DNA of 64,000 nt from Tubiluchus corallicola (taxonomy: Eukaryota > Animalia > Priapulida), in the NCBI GenBank assembly GCA_030141605.1, contig JAQGDQ010000321.1, forward strand, positions 205,956-269,955, read 5' to 3'. Numbering within the stretch: the stretch's first letter is position 1; each line of letters starts with the position of its first letter. Under the pieces are notes generated by a model. The model saw only the letters and a list, made by a program, of their open reading frames with translations, ran no database searches and had not been told where the DNA came from. Both the position numbers and the translations under genes were made by a program. Of the stretch, positions 15,401-28,100 are shown in pieces.

Positions 15401-16581
15401 ATTTGGCTTTGTCAAAAAAGTTCATTTTACTGTTGCATTCACGCCTCAGCTTTCTGTAGAGGATACACCAGATGACGCTGAAAACCCCACATTTAATTTT
15501 TTTTAGTATAATCAATGAATGTTGTTAAGCATACCATCAACAGCCGTTATCGCAATGGCATTTCTTCAAAAATTAAGATTTCTAAATAACACGGCTAATG
15601 TTAAAAATACATGCAGGTCGGATTCCGGACCTTCCGGGCTGACAATAAAACAAGTTCCCATAGGCCACACGTATACATTCAAACTATGTTAAAAAGCAGA
15701 CATTTTATACAGTATCTGGAAATTTCAGAATATTTCGAAGATTTAACACCCAAGGGTATACTAATTAAAGTCGTTAAGTTTTGCAAAACGAGCACAACGA
15801 ACTGAGAAATAGTAGCCCCATGCTTAGAAACAACTCAGCTATATTGGGACGCAAACTAGAGCGTTGAACTTGTAAATTGCAATAAGGCATGCAATATATG
15901 TGAGTGCAAGAGAAACGGACATGTACACACACATAACCAGTCAAGATCAGAAAGTACTAAAATACTTAACTGACTGCTGCTGCATATGGAATATTTGCTA
16001 TATAATATTGCAGGTGGCTCTTGAAACTTGGGTTTTTAGAAAGCACAAGCTGCGAGCTTCTACCATCATTTCACTCTCGCTCACTCTAGACCTGCTTAAA
16101 CTTGAACTTTTTGTATAACTTTTCTGACCAGTATAACCTTACTTATTTTTACATAAACTTGTACGATTAAGCGTTCAGACAGCCGGGCATGTGATGCGTT
16201 GTGGAATACTCATTAGTCGGAAACTATTATTCTCACTATGTCTGAAATCTCACAGCAAACAACGTCTTGTCCTGCAAAAATGCCTTTGGAGACATGATTT
16301 AATAGCCGTGGTAGAACCGTGAGCAGGTTAACCAGATCGCTCACTGCCAATGTTTGAACGGTTTGTAAATAAAGTCAAATATTATATTGCTACAGTGTTC
16401 AAAACAGTTTAGAAGCAATACGAGAAATTAGGTCCATCCAATACATAGAATATTAGAATTTACGAGAAAAATAATCATGCCCAGTTTTATCACAGATTGA
16501 TGAAAACAAGAAATAAACAACTTTTTAGATCACATGCAAAATAGACACCAACTATTAATATATTCAATGAGGCGGCTGAAA

Positions 16582-16731
16582 AAATGTGAACGCAACTTTT
16601 GGTTCCAAAACTTAATATCAAGCACGAAATGTGAACGCAACTTTAGGCCTGAGAGCTTGATGCTAGGCACAAATGTGAATGCAGCTTTAGGCTCCACATA
16701 TACAAGCACCAAATGTAAATACAATTTTAGG
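16582..16731. repeat. Four short direct repeats with variable spacers
   Basis: AAATGTGAACGCAACTTT at 16582 and 16627, with decayed copies at 16671 and 16711. Confidence 0.6.
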
Positions 16732-19595
16732 ACACCGAGAGACACGTTTCAGGCTCCTAGCAACAAGCAACACCTTCCAGGCCAGACGAAAACGATTTTT
16801 TCCGCTGCTTTGTAGAAGATTAGAGCTAATCTGAGCGAAATGTGTCCTCAGATATTTAGCCGGACACACATCTTGCAATGTTGTCTCAATGTTGTTTTAC
16901 TTAGCTATTCCAGACAGTGTAAATACCTCGTATAGACGATGTGTCAATGAAACTGTGACTAGTAGCAAACTGTTACACAATCTGTTTAAACTTCAACAGA
17001 CAAAAAAGGTATAGTTACAAAATACACCTCAGCAAATAGAGAAAGCGTCAAAAGTTAGCTTTTGCACATAATTAAATTTTATGTCGCATTCGAACATTGG
17101 AACAAACGTACGTAGGAAATTTTGAACGGCCAGCTTTTGTCTTAAAGCAAAGTTGTCTTGTCTTATACTTATTGTAATATACATTTCGAAATGTTTCCAA
17201 TAACTAGAAAACTTAATGTTTAGCAAACATGAACAGTTAAGTAGGTGTTTTAACTTACAATTCTTCCACTTGCTAGCCTGATCGTAGTAGGAAATTTTTC
17301 CTGAAAACTATTGCGTATAATGAATGCTATTTACTTGGAGCCTAATCTGCCCTGCACAAGACAATTTTATAACCAAAGATATGCCTACCGTGGCTCCCAA
17401 AGGCACGTATAAATTTTGATAAATATATGCCACGTTGCTAGACATTTGCTTTAGTTATCTACATCACTCTGTTTCAATATATACGGTCAGTGCCAATCGC
17501 CTCTGCACTCAAATTTATCAAATTACAGATGATGTGAGCTTTTCACGTTATACAGGGCTCAGTGTAATAAAGCTAGTAATGAAGTACCCAAGTTTACATT
17601 ATAGTCAACCAGCGGAAATTACGCTGAATTTGGATTACCCTGTGAAAATTGGAATACGCGATGCACTTCACGGCTAAAGTTAGGTTGTCATGACACGGCG
17701 ATGATATCAGATTCCAAACGCAAACATCAAAATCTGTTGATTACGTATGATACTTGTTTGATCCGTAGCCATTGCAAAGAGTGGGCACTGAAATAGGTTT
17801 TAATTACGAAATTAAAAACAATGGTCCTTAGGCTGGATTTTTTTCAAGTCGCTATCCCAAATGCCAGGATTAAAAATGCCCGCAAATTTTCAACATTTAT
17901 TAGCTACAACATTCCAGACACTATAATCCACGCAACTAACTAACATTTTATTCTGAAATAGCAATTCAGCGATATTTACAATCATATTTACATGCGCGTT
18001 AGTACATACACTTAAGTTTGTACTTCGTGCACTCTTGGGGTTAGCGACTTTTGCAAAGCGATAAGCATCAGTAATGAAAGGCCAAAGTTTTTTATAGGTG
18101 ACAGAAAGTTTGGCGAAAGTTTTGTTTAAAAAAGATACTGAATTAAATGCATTCCGCTGCCAAGAGGTAGCGCTAACTGAGTGAGAGAAATAGGGCTTAT
18201 TCAATCGCTGAATACAGCTATACTTGTATAGTGCATAAATTTGAATAACGCAGTTGTTTTCCAAATATTCAGCAAAACTTGAACAGGAACAAGCATAATT
18301 GGAAAAATGCCAGTTAAACTACCAGCATAATTTTCCGGCTGTTGGTTAAGCCGAACAAGCGGATTTGTCTGTAAGGTAAAATCAAGTGTAATTTTGTTAG
18401 GCTATACCTGCTGTTACCCGATCAGGGAGTGACTGGCTACAAGTATTAAGCAGCAGTGGGTCTGCTAGGTTAGTAAATGGTTGACCACTAGAAAAGCTCA
18501 TTCTGGAGTTTCATCTGTCAATCTGTTTCCGACTATTTTTCATCAGAACCTTATCTCATAGGATTCACACAGGTGGATAAAGGTCGTTTCCTAAAGATCA
18601 AAATAATTAAGACGGGCACATGGTTATTTCAAAATTATGTTTTATTAGATACTATTACCCAACGTTTGATAGTAAACGTGGACAATTTATTCTGGGCCGT
18701 TTTGCTCAGTTACATTCAACATTCCTAGATCCAGTTTTTTTCGCGCCTCCGAGGAATTCTTTACTAGATTCCATGCTAACTACAGCATTGCCTTAAAAAG
18801 ATATCTCGGGTCGGGAGACACGTATAACTAACAAGTTACTCACAAAAAATCAATTCACGTTCTCACTATTAAGGGTAGCTCCTTCCAGTAAGTATAAAAA
18901 CACTTTTAACAATATTTTTGCGCCAGCAAAATACAGCGAAATACTAATACAAGAGTTAAATACATGGTAGTATTCCACTGCGTTTGCAATAAGGTTAAAG
19001 CCGGTATTTTTGATGATAAAACCCGCAAGGTTGCTACTGGTGATTTGCCTTGCAAAAAACTGGTATTAACGAGATAAGTAATTAGAAATGGCAGAGCACT
19101 ACTTCACAGATTGCACGTGTAAGTGATCTTAATTGATTTTTAGTCGATTTCCACACCATCATTCATACCCATTATGCACTGAGCTGGTCACTGTACATTG
19201 TGTATAGAACGCAGATAGTCCTTTCTGAGCCTAACGGTCATTCCTCGATGGTCATCTAACTATTGGAACACACAAAAGAGTTAAGCCACCTCACCTTCAA
19301 AATAGCTGCACAATGCCACCCCAAAGTGCAGCTCACACCTCCACACATTCTTCCCCCGCGTAAGTGGGGCATAAACTCAACTCACAAATACAATGACACC
19401 AATTCCTAATAATAAAAAGCTCTCCACAGTGTCAGTGAGATCAGCAAAAGAGGTAAACGAGCATTGCTAAAATGTTGTGCAAATGAGGAAAGTGAGTGAA
19501 CAGTTTCTTGAAAATGATTTAACATTTCATTTATTACTTGGGCATTGGCTGATGTTAAAGCTAGTACAATTTAGACGATCATCACTTTATTAGTA

Positions 19596-19765
19596 ACCGG
19601 CTGATTGCGTGCTGGCTAGCATGAGAATTCAGACATGTTTTAACCGTACGTGTTGACAACTGTAATGACTAGAGTGTGTGGCCTGAAACCACAAGATTTA
19701 GGGTTCGAATGCTGATTGATTAACAATTTTTCAGAGCATCCCTCTTTTTAAATTTGATTATTGCT
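19596..19765 (+). repeat. Dispersed tRNA/SINE-like repeat, copy 2
   Basis: Same motif order as 4401-4545 with an internal insertion. GGTTCGAATGC is box-B-like. Confidence 0.5.
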
Positions 19766-22307
19766 TATTAGAAACCACATATTATTACTATAACGACCCA
19801 ATTCAAACTTTCAGATTTGTAAGTTACTGTAAGTCAATTTTATAGCAAAATGTGCATACAAAGAGATTGCAAAGGTATTTAGTAGAGCTGCTGTACGTGT
19901 ATCAAAACACATAATTGATCTGCACTGTTTTGATACACGATGACAACAGATTAATGATCAACTTAATCATCAAACGTTAATCCGACGGAAACTGAGCTCT
20001 ATCAATGAGTCAGGAAATGTTACTATTTAATGAAGCTGCAAATTGATATCTACCACAAAATTAAATAATTAGCTTATGATTCTGTATTTTAAATTAACTA
20101 ATTAAGTAAATTACACGTGACTACATATTAGATAATCACCAAAAGTGTCTAATAAACTTGTAACAAATTCAACGCAATGCAATTTTGACTTGAATACAGA
20201 ACACACGCACGCACCCCCCACCCCCCCACACACACACCTGCAGAGAGAGATACACCTTTGATACAGTGTCAGTGTCTTTCAGAGCAAAGATGAACAATTT
20301 GCACAAATTTATTAATTAAAAACTCCAATCAAAGCAGAAAACTTTGTACACGCCTCTCTACAACGGGTGTACCTCCCCTTCTAAAATAATTTCAACAGGT
20401 GGGTCAACTCCGCAATATAATGTATTTGCTGTGCTATTATCTCTGAAGTGAGACCTGTTTCATACTAGTTTTAGATCCATGACTGAAGGCTGAACCGCCA
20501 AATTCTTGTCAGATGGCGATGGCAAATCTATTGACTCTACTGTTTTAAAAGAAGTAAGAATGGTCATATCATACAACTTCACATAAGTTAAACATTAAAG
20601 AAGTACCTGGCTTTAACAAATGACTCCTGATTTTAATGAGCAAATTTACGAATACTTCTGAATAGTTAAATATTAAAGTACATGATTTTAACAAATGACG
20701 CCTAACTTTAATATATGACAAATTTGCGAATATTTCAGAACATACTACCCAGTGTTTTGCGTAAGATAAAATTGTATGGAACTAAGAAAAAAATCTCGCT
20801 TTGCTAAAAACAGAACATTTAAACAAGAAAGTTAAAAATGGGAGGAAACCACAAAAAAGTTTACACCTGTTGGGACTATACCAATTTATTAATTTTTAAT
20901 CCTCAACTCTGTATCGTATTACATACCTTTAATAATCTCAGACGAACGCAATTATTACAAATCGTATTACCCATTCTGCTCAACAACAATCTCTATGAAC
21001 TAGTAAACTCAGAATATAGAGTTAAGATCTTAAATCCGTTCCTCTTTGAGCACTTTCCATTTCTTGTACAAACGTTCAAGTTCAATATCTGGTACAACAC
21101 TCGACCGTATCTGGTACAACACGTGTTAAAATTCGACACAGACAAATAAAAGTTTTTGTAAACACGTCAAATAGTTAATAAATGACACCAGCAATTGATA
21201 TTCAAATTTCATGCCATAGAAGCCTGCCTGTTGCACAATGTTTGTCTGAGGTTGTAAGAAGCCAGTGAAAAGCAAAAGTTCACTGGTAGTGTAATGTGCG
21301 GGTAAAAACCACGTGACTTGGCTGGCTTCCTAACAAGAAAGTGACGAATTTAACAATAATATTTCACATACAATCATCAGCTATGTACACCACGACAATC
21401 ACGCCTAATTTAATATCGCTTAATAGGTAAACTTGGTGTCCTGCCGTTATTGGCAATTCCACAAGTTTCCGTAGTCCCATTTTTGTCAAGTTGCTGCGCG
21501 TGTGGTGCACGCATGCACGTATCTTTCTCAAGCTCACGCACGTTGGAGTTAACAGGCAACTGTAGACAGTAAAAATTAGAGTGAGCAGGGGTGGCCAAGT
21601 TGTTAAAGTCGATACTGATTTCCGAGTGCTGAAACTATTTGTTTCACTATTAGGATCACACAGCTTATAAGGTGATTTTGATGCGTTTCACTATGCATTT
21701 AAAGTGACGGTTGATCAGATAATTTTTAACAAAGAATAACAACAAAACCTAAATATTCAGAGCCTTTATATTAAAAAATAAACTGAAAATATCATCCAGC
21801 CTTTCCCTAATCAGGGCACTTGCTTTTGACATTTTTGACAAGAAATTTGATAAAGCAAATCAATAGTGTATAAACAGTAGCTCATGATGTAACAGCTCCC
21901 TAATGAAAGAAAATCAATCAGTAACACTACACCACCATAAAAGCTCGATAAAGGGGCATTTAAGAACATGTTCACATGAACATAGATCAAAGAGAATACA
22001 CTCATTACAGATCACACAAAGCAATCTCCCAACTAGTTTCGATAAGTTTCCAGACTATAAGTGCTAGATTCAAAACAGAAATGCTTCCAATTTCAGAGCA
22101 TAACAGTAGTTTCTAAATGTAGGAAAGCTTACACGAGGTTAATAATTTTATTTACCTATGCTATACACGCCAATATTGCCTGCAGGTTTATTAATTTTTC
22201 TGAATGCTTCGTTAGTATTCAGATTCTCTTTGATTTCAGGTAACATATAACATTTTTTGCAACAGCAGAGCACATATTTTTGCAAATAAAATATATGTAT
22301 GACTTAC

Positions 22308-22919
22308 CTGTAAAGAACCTACTACATAGATTTCAATCACCAGCAAACATCCGAAACAGACTGCTACAGTCAGAGAAAAAGCCAAAGCTATGCTTATATC
22401 ACTAATACTGTCATAATGCTTTAAAACATAAATGTTAGTCCGACTTATGTACATAGAGAAAACTCGCAGTACATGAGCAACGAGTGCCAATGTCCAGTAG
22501 ATAACTAGAAGCCATAATAACCGAGGCTTGTCTCTAACTTCAACAGTATGATAATATATAACACTTATGATTGTAGATATAAACAGTAAACTTGTTAACA
22601 CGTGGGTGACGTAGTGAATTTCCTTGACTATACAATCTGCTAGGATGGCTTCGGACGCTAATCCTAGTGTAGCCAAAAGAAGCAATAATGTCACTAGCCA
22701 TCTTAATGTATGGCATCGGAAACCATGCCATGTTTTGTTCTTATGCCGTTTGTGTAGAACGCAGGTTGCTAGAAAACCGATGGTGATGCCTAGGCCATGT
22801 ACGACTATAGCGACGTAGTCGACGACATCGCGATCCGTGAGAAAGCCACTCACGCATGTGGTGCCCAGTAAAAATCCGCATTCCCTATCATCTGTGTTAT
22901 TTTGAGATATACCAGACAT
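22308..22919 (-). CDS. Sulfonylurea-receptor-like ABCC transporter (ABCC8/ABCC9-like), first coding exon encoding TMD0; the rest of the gene was not found in the window
   Basis: 204 codons from ATG at 22919 to a phase-0 donor CAG|GTAAGT (intron starts 22307). The translation TWHGFRCHTLRWLVTLLLLLATLGLASEAILAD...SVIYYHTVEVRDKPRLLWLLVIYWTLAL parallels SUR1 TWLHFPGHNLRWILTF...EGILSD...[28 protein letters not shown]. It has several hydrophobic helices. An acceptor at ~22949 and a donor near 23680 suggest a non-coding first exon near 23.7 kb. Confidence 0.8.
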
Positions 22920-25112
22920 CACTTTATCCAGGATAAATTATCCCTCCCCTATAACAATGAAAAACATAAATAATTTAACAATTGCAAACAATCATTATTT
23001 ACTGTCAAGCAAATCTTATCTACCACAGACATTCTAAAGTATCACAAAATAATAATCAAGTTCATGAAATGTTTGCAAGTTGCAACTCTTAATTTTAATA
23101 TACTGTTATAACTGTCGCTATTCGCTGAATTTTAATCTAATTGCTGCAAACTATTAGAGCCATCACTTTTACAGTTTGAACTAGTTTATGTTGCAGTGTG
23201 CTCTATATTTTTTCTCCTTCCTTATTATTTATTGTTATTCTTTGTATTAACTGTATCTCATGAGTACGAATAAATTGTATAAATAAATATATAATATTAC
23301 AATTAAATGTACGTAGTGGTACCTTTGATTTGAAAACTTAATTGTGTTAATCACAAGCAGAAAACTGCGTAAGAAAATAGGAAGTTAAATTTTTACTTAA
23401 CCTCATCAAGAGAGATCAGAAAGCTGCATAAGATTTTTTGTCCACCATCTGTATTACCGATTTCCAGTTTCTGAAACAAATAAAATTCGATAGAAATATC
23501 ACATCATCGTTGCACATGATACCGAACACTGGAGCTCTCAACGACGTGTCCGACTCGCTTCAGCAAACTTTACCGGCTTTCTCGTGCCGAAACGAAACAA
23601 GTTACATTTTGTACCAATTTATGCAAGCAATTTTCGTTTTTTAAAAAAATAATCTAAAACGTATTAAGCAAATGTACATACCTTAATAAAGAGCCACAAA
23701 TAAATGACACCAAAAACAAGCGTATTTTCTTCACAATAGTATAATAAACCCTTCGGAAACTCAAGACATCATTCCTACATTTAACAAACGTGCTCGCTCA
23801 GCTAAACATACTAAATTTCGCTCGTTCTCTTGTTATGAAAATCGCCTGCAATAATTATGTTTGTGGCGCCACCAGGTGCAAGATTTTTTAACTCCAATTG
23901 CTTATCTATTTGCAGTGTCCATGCAACTCCAAAGCTATTGCTACTAGGCATTATGATTTAGAATTTTAGATCAAGCTGATGAACTGCTCGTTAAATTAAT
24001 GCTGTAGCTAGAAAAGTTAATCGATATTTTGCTGTTATCAGAAAGGTGAAAGATTAGCAAAAATCTCATTCTTATTCTTGCATCTATTAAAGTATTATTA
24101 ATGTTTAAGCATACCACATTCATTGATCATGTACTGTAGGTAAACTAGGTATAAAATGTGGCATTTTTATCGTGCTGTGTTAAAAGTGCTGTCTTGTTGC
24201 CATATGTTGGAATAGGTTAGGTGTTTTGGTTGACTGGCAATTGGAGAAGCTCTATTTTCTGTTAACTAACTAATGTGTACTAGGAAAAATAATTAATGAG
24301 CATTTTTATAGCCATTCTAAATTATTTGTAGCTCCTTGAAATGAAAATTTTGTTTAATGAAGACGCTTGAAATATATGTATATGCACTTACGTTTCGTAT
24401 ATTTAGGATTACGAAGTCATTTTGGAGGTAAACCCGGGGTCATCATACATTGTCAAATTTTATTGACTTCTCTTTGTGTTGTTTCACTTCAGTCACGTGA
24501 CCATGCACATGGCTATTTTCCAACACCTCCTGGCAGCTTCAATTTTGTTATCATTAATTATTAGATACATAATGTCGTTTTTTCTATTTTTTGTCATTTA
24601 CCATTGTCATCATAATTTTCACATCATTAGTGAGGTTGTGGCTGAGGGAATAATGTATGCCCGCATTTCCTGCAAATGATGTGGGTTCAAACTTCAATGC
24701 TTGTTCTGGGAAAAATATCATTCAAAAACCTTGGGAGGATGTATTTACATCCAAATGTGGCTAGCGCCCTAGTATGGTTCTGCTTCTGTTAGTTCAGTGG
24801 CTCATTTTCAGAGAGATATCATAATGAGGCCGGCTGAGACCCCTACCATGTCGTCATCAGCCCCTGCTTTTAAGTGCTTTCTAACATGCTGTGTGCCAAA
24901 AACAAAGAATCGTTGTCGTCATCATCTTAGTTATCATCGCTGGTTATTAGTATTATAAATATTAATAACAATGTTTTATTTATTGCAGAAATGGTTTAAC
25001 ATGAAAATTGCTAGCAAAACAAAAGTAATACAGCAGTTGTACAGCAGCTAAGCAGTATATTATTATTGTTTTTTAGTTTTAAGTTACCAGAATTAACAGA
25101 TGGGACAGGACA

Positions 25113-28100
25113 ATGTCATCTGCAAGATTTACTCCAATCTTTAACAAGAATAGGGCTGCACGAGTGCCGTTGTATGCTCACCCAAACAATATTGAAAGCG
25201 ATACATGTGTTCGTAAGTATCTGTTTCATAACATATTCATAAAACTATTTTTTCATAATGATATTTTTTCCAATATGAGTTTTATCATTTCAGTTGTTTT
25301 TTATTCATTTAATTAAGGTGACCCACAACAGATGATCGAGTTCAGTCAGCATTCTAGCTTTTTACAGAAGAACTTGAAGGAACCTCAGGAAGTTTCGTCA
25401 GGTTTACCAAACCGAGCTGCTGTTAATAATGGCACTAGTGTGACTGAATAGATATAATAAACAGTTGAAAACATTTGAATTATTGGTTGAAATATATGAT
25501 ATTGGCTACGTCCAGTAGGAAGCTATTGGCATTCGAATCATTACTAATCACATTTGGAAGCACTTCATGAGTATTAATATCATTTTGCCCTCCTTGATAT
25601 TCAAGTAGACAGTTGACCCCATTTCAGCTGATGCAGTTTGATTTGTCGCTTTGCAAGTGTTCATATTATGTACTAAGAATACATTTTACTGTAAAGGAAG
25701 TTAAACATTTGACACCTGCTCAAGATGACAAGGTCACCACCTATTCTTTCCCTTTTTACCTATATATAATAACTACTGTAATTTGTCCAAGTGTGATTAC
25801 CCAACTCCTGTGTAGGCATAGAACTTTGCATAGCATCAAATAAGCATCAAATATAAGTTGCTTTTTGTCTCCTGAATGCTGTAATATCTCTGCAAAATGA
25901 CTTAACCCATGGAAGTGTCTGTAAGCTATCTGTCTTCACAATCTGAGTATACCAAATGCAAGTGAAACAGCCTCAAAGATACTACGAGTGCAAGTCACAA
26001 CTATTGTATTCATTTTTCATATACAAAAATATCATATTATATATTCAAACCAAACGTAGCTATATAACTTTTCAAGTGACATATTACATATAAAAGGCAA
26101 GGTATTCTCCACTTAAGCTCAATTCGTGAGTTTGATCCATAATATTCTTGCGGGCTGTGTCTTGCAGGAATGAGAACATCCATTAATTGAGCTTATAGGT
26201 TTTTTCTATTGTATCAAGTCCCCTTAATGGAGTAGGTCAGAAGTTAAAAACTAATATTGTCATTCTGATATTGTCTAAAAAAAACACTGTCATACTTGTG
26301 TCAGAAAACGTCATTCTAATATTATCTTTAAACCCATATAGCTTGTATATTGTGTACTTTATAGCATTGTGTAGTCTTCTGTACTGATGGACTAATAAGA
26401 GGTATTCTTCAGTATCTATGAATTGAGTCTGAGAGTCACCCAATGCTATTCTTGTGTTTAACACTTGATTCACTATACACTGTGTATATTACCTGCTTTC
26501 ATAATACTCTATGGTTTTATGTAGGACATTCTGCAACTCATAGAACAGGTTCAGTTGATGGCTATGGCGTCAGGAAGTCTAACACTTCTAGCAGGTAATT
26601 TTGGTTTAGCTTGTTTTTTGCCCTCGTTTTGAATATTCGTGCAAAAATTAGCACAATGGTTACAGCTGCAGATTACAGTAAAGTAAACTTTACCATCTAT
26701 TAATATGAACTTAATAAGGATAAGTTCAGCATCTGTTTGCATGACACTGAACAAGTTGTTTGATGTTTACATCTATCTGATAAATGTTATATTATCGAAC
26801 ACGAATTATTTCTGCACAAATTCTGATTTACTGAACAGCAGAATGTAAAATTTTTATCAAAAAAATTGATGTTTTCTCTCAAAAATAAAAAACATCATAT
26901 CTCTTAGTTACACGTGACTTCACTTTTTTGCTAACAGATAATATATTTAAATTTTTCTGGCCAGACCTTTTTATCACAATGAAGCAAATAAGGGAAAAGA
27001 AAATTCTGCATCGAGAAAATATAATGTGCATTCTTTTGACCAATTGGGATCCTCTCGTGGGCCACTACAACCAGGCATCCGTTTGCCGGGTAATATGCTA
27101 CAGGACAAGACCAACTTTCTGCAGAGCACAGAATTTAAATTTCACTCGAAAAAGTCTGATGGGGCAAGTGTACCTGCATCACGAATATCCATAGCATCTG
27201 GAGCTCCTGGCAGCAGTGGATGGAGTAACTTTAATGAAAGTTTTTCTGCACCAACAAATAAGAAGTGTCGAACGGACAGTGGCAACATGCAGTTGCAGAA
27301 GCCAATGAAAAACTTTAATTCATTTGGTAAAGTAACTCAGTCTGTAAGAGGTAGACCAGCTGAAGAAATGAACCCAGGTCCTTATGATCGAAGTTTGGAA
27401 AGAAACTTTCGTGGAGTGACTAGTGAGCGTGGTGATTTCACCAATCAGGTTTGATTTAAATGTAGCATACTTGTCATGCTTTACAGTATCCGATGAAATT
27501 ATGAAGTACAATTATATGAGTAATGGATCTGTATAAAAATAAATTCAGAAACTGTTGTTTCTAAAATGCATTTTAATCTTAAGAACAATTACTATACATT
27601 GGCAATTAAAACTAAAGTGTCTATCTATCGATTGGCATGAGGACAGTATGGTTTCACTGGCAATGATTAAGACTCATGCACTTTTGCCACTGTATACCAT
27701 CAAGTTTCATAAAATGAATTAAATAAATGAAAACTAATCTAATCATATCAAGTTTTAAAAGGTTTTTTAAAAAAGAAAAACATGATAATCTGATTGTCCG
27801 GATAACTTATATAACCTATGTGGAAACTACTTGGAAGCAGTTTTGATAAATAACTTTCAAATTCCATCTATGGCTATCTCATGCATTCTCGTTGTTTCAG
27901 GGCACAAATGTACACACTGTCTGTTTACATTTTCTGTGCTTTTAGTTGTATTATATTGTATTAGATGTTTGTTACAGGTGTTATCACGTACTAAAGAGAA
28001 GCAGCATTGTTTACCAGACAACAGCATGCGATTCATAACAGCATCTGTGCAAAGCATGAAGCATTGGGTACAGTATACAAAATACTTCCCTGTGATGTTT

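Noticed and set aside
16582-16731. CRISPR array
   Set aside because: Eukaryotic context, no cas genes, only four short decaying repeats, and partly similar spacers.
18500-18552. Hammerhead ribozyme core on the minus strand (CUGAUGA...GAAAC)
   Set aside because: No stem II pairing and no stem III closing onto an NUH triplet.
17890-21149. ORFs of 124 aa (17890-18264) and 103 aa (20838-21149) as genes
   Set aside because: No family motifs or consistent splice context. Their composition is typical of chance ORFs in AT-rich repeat debris.
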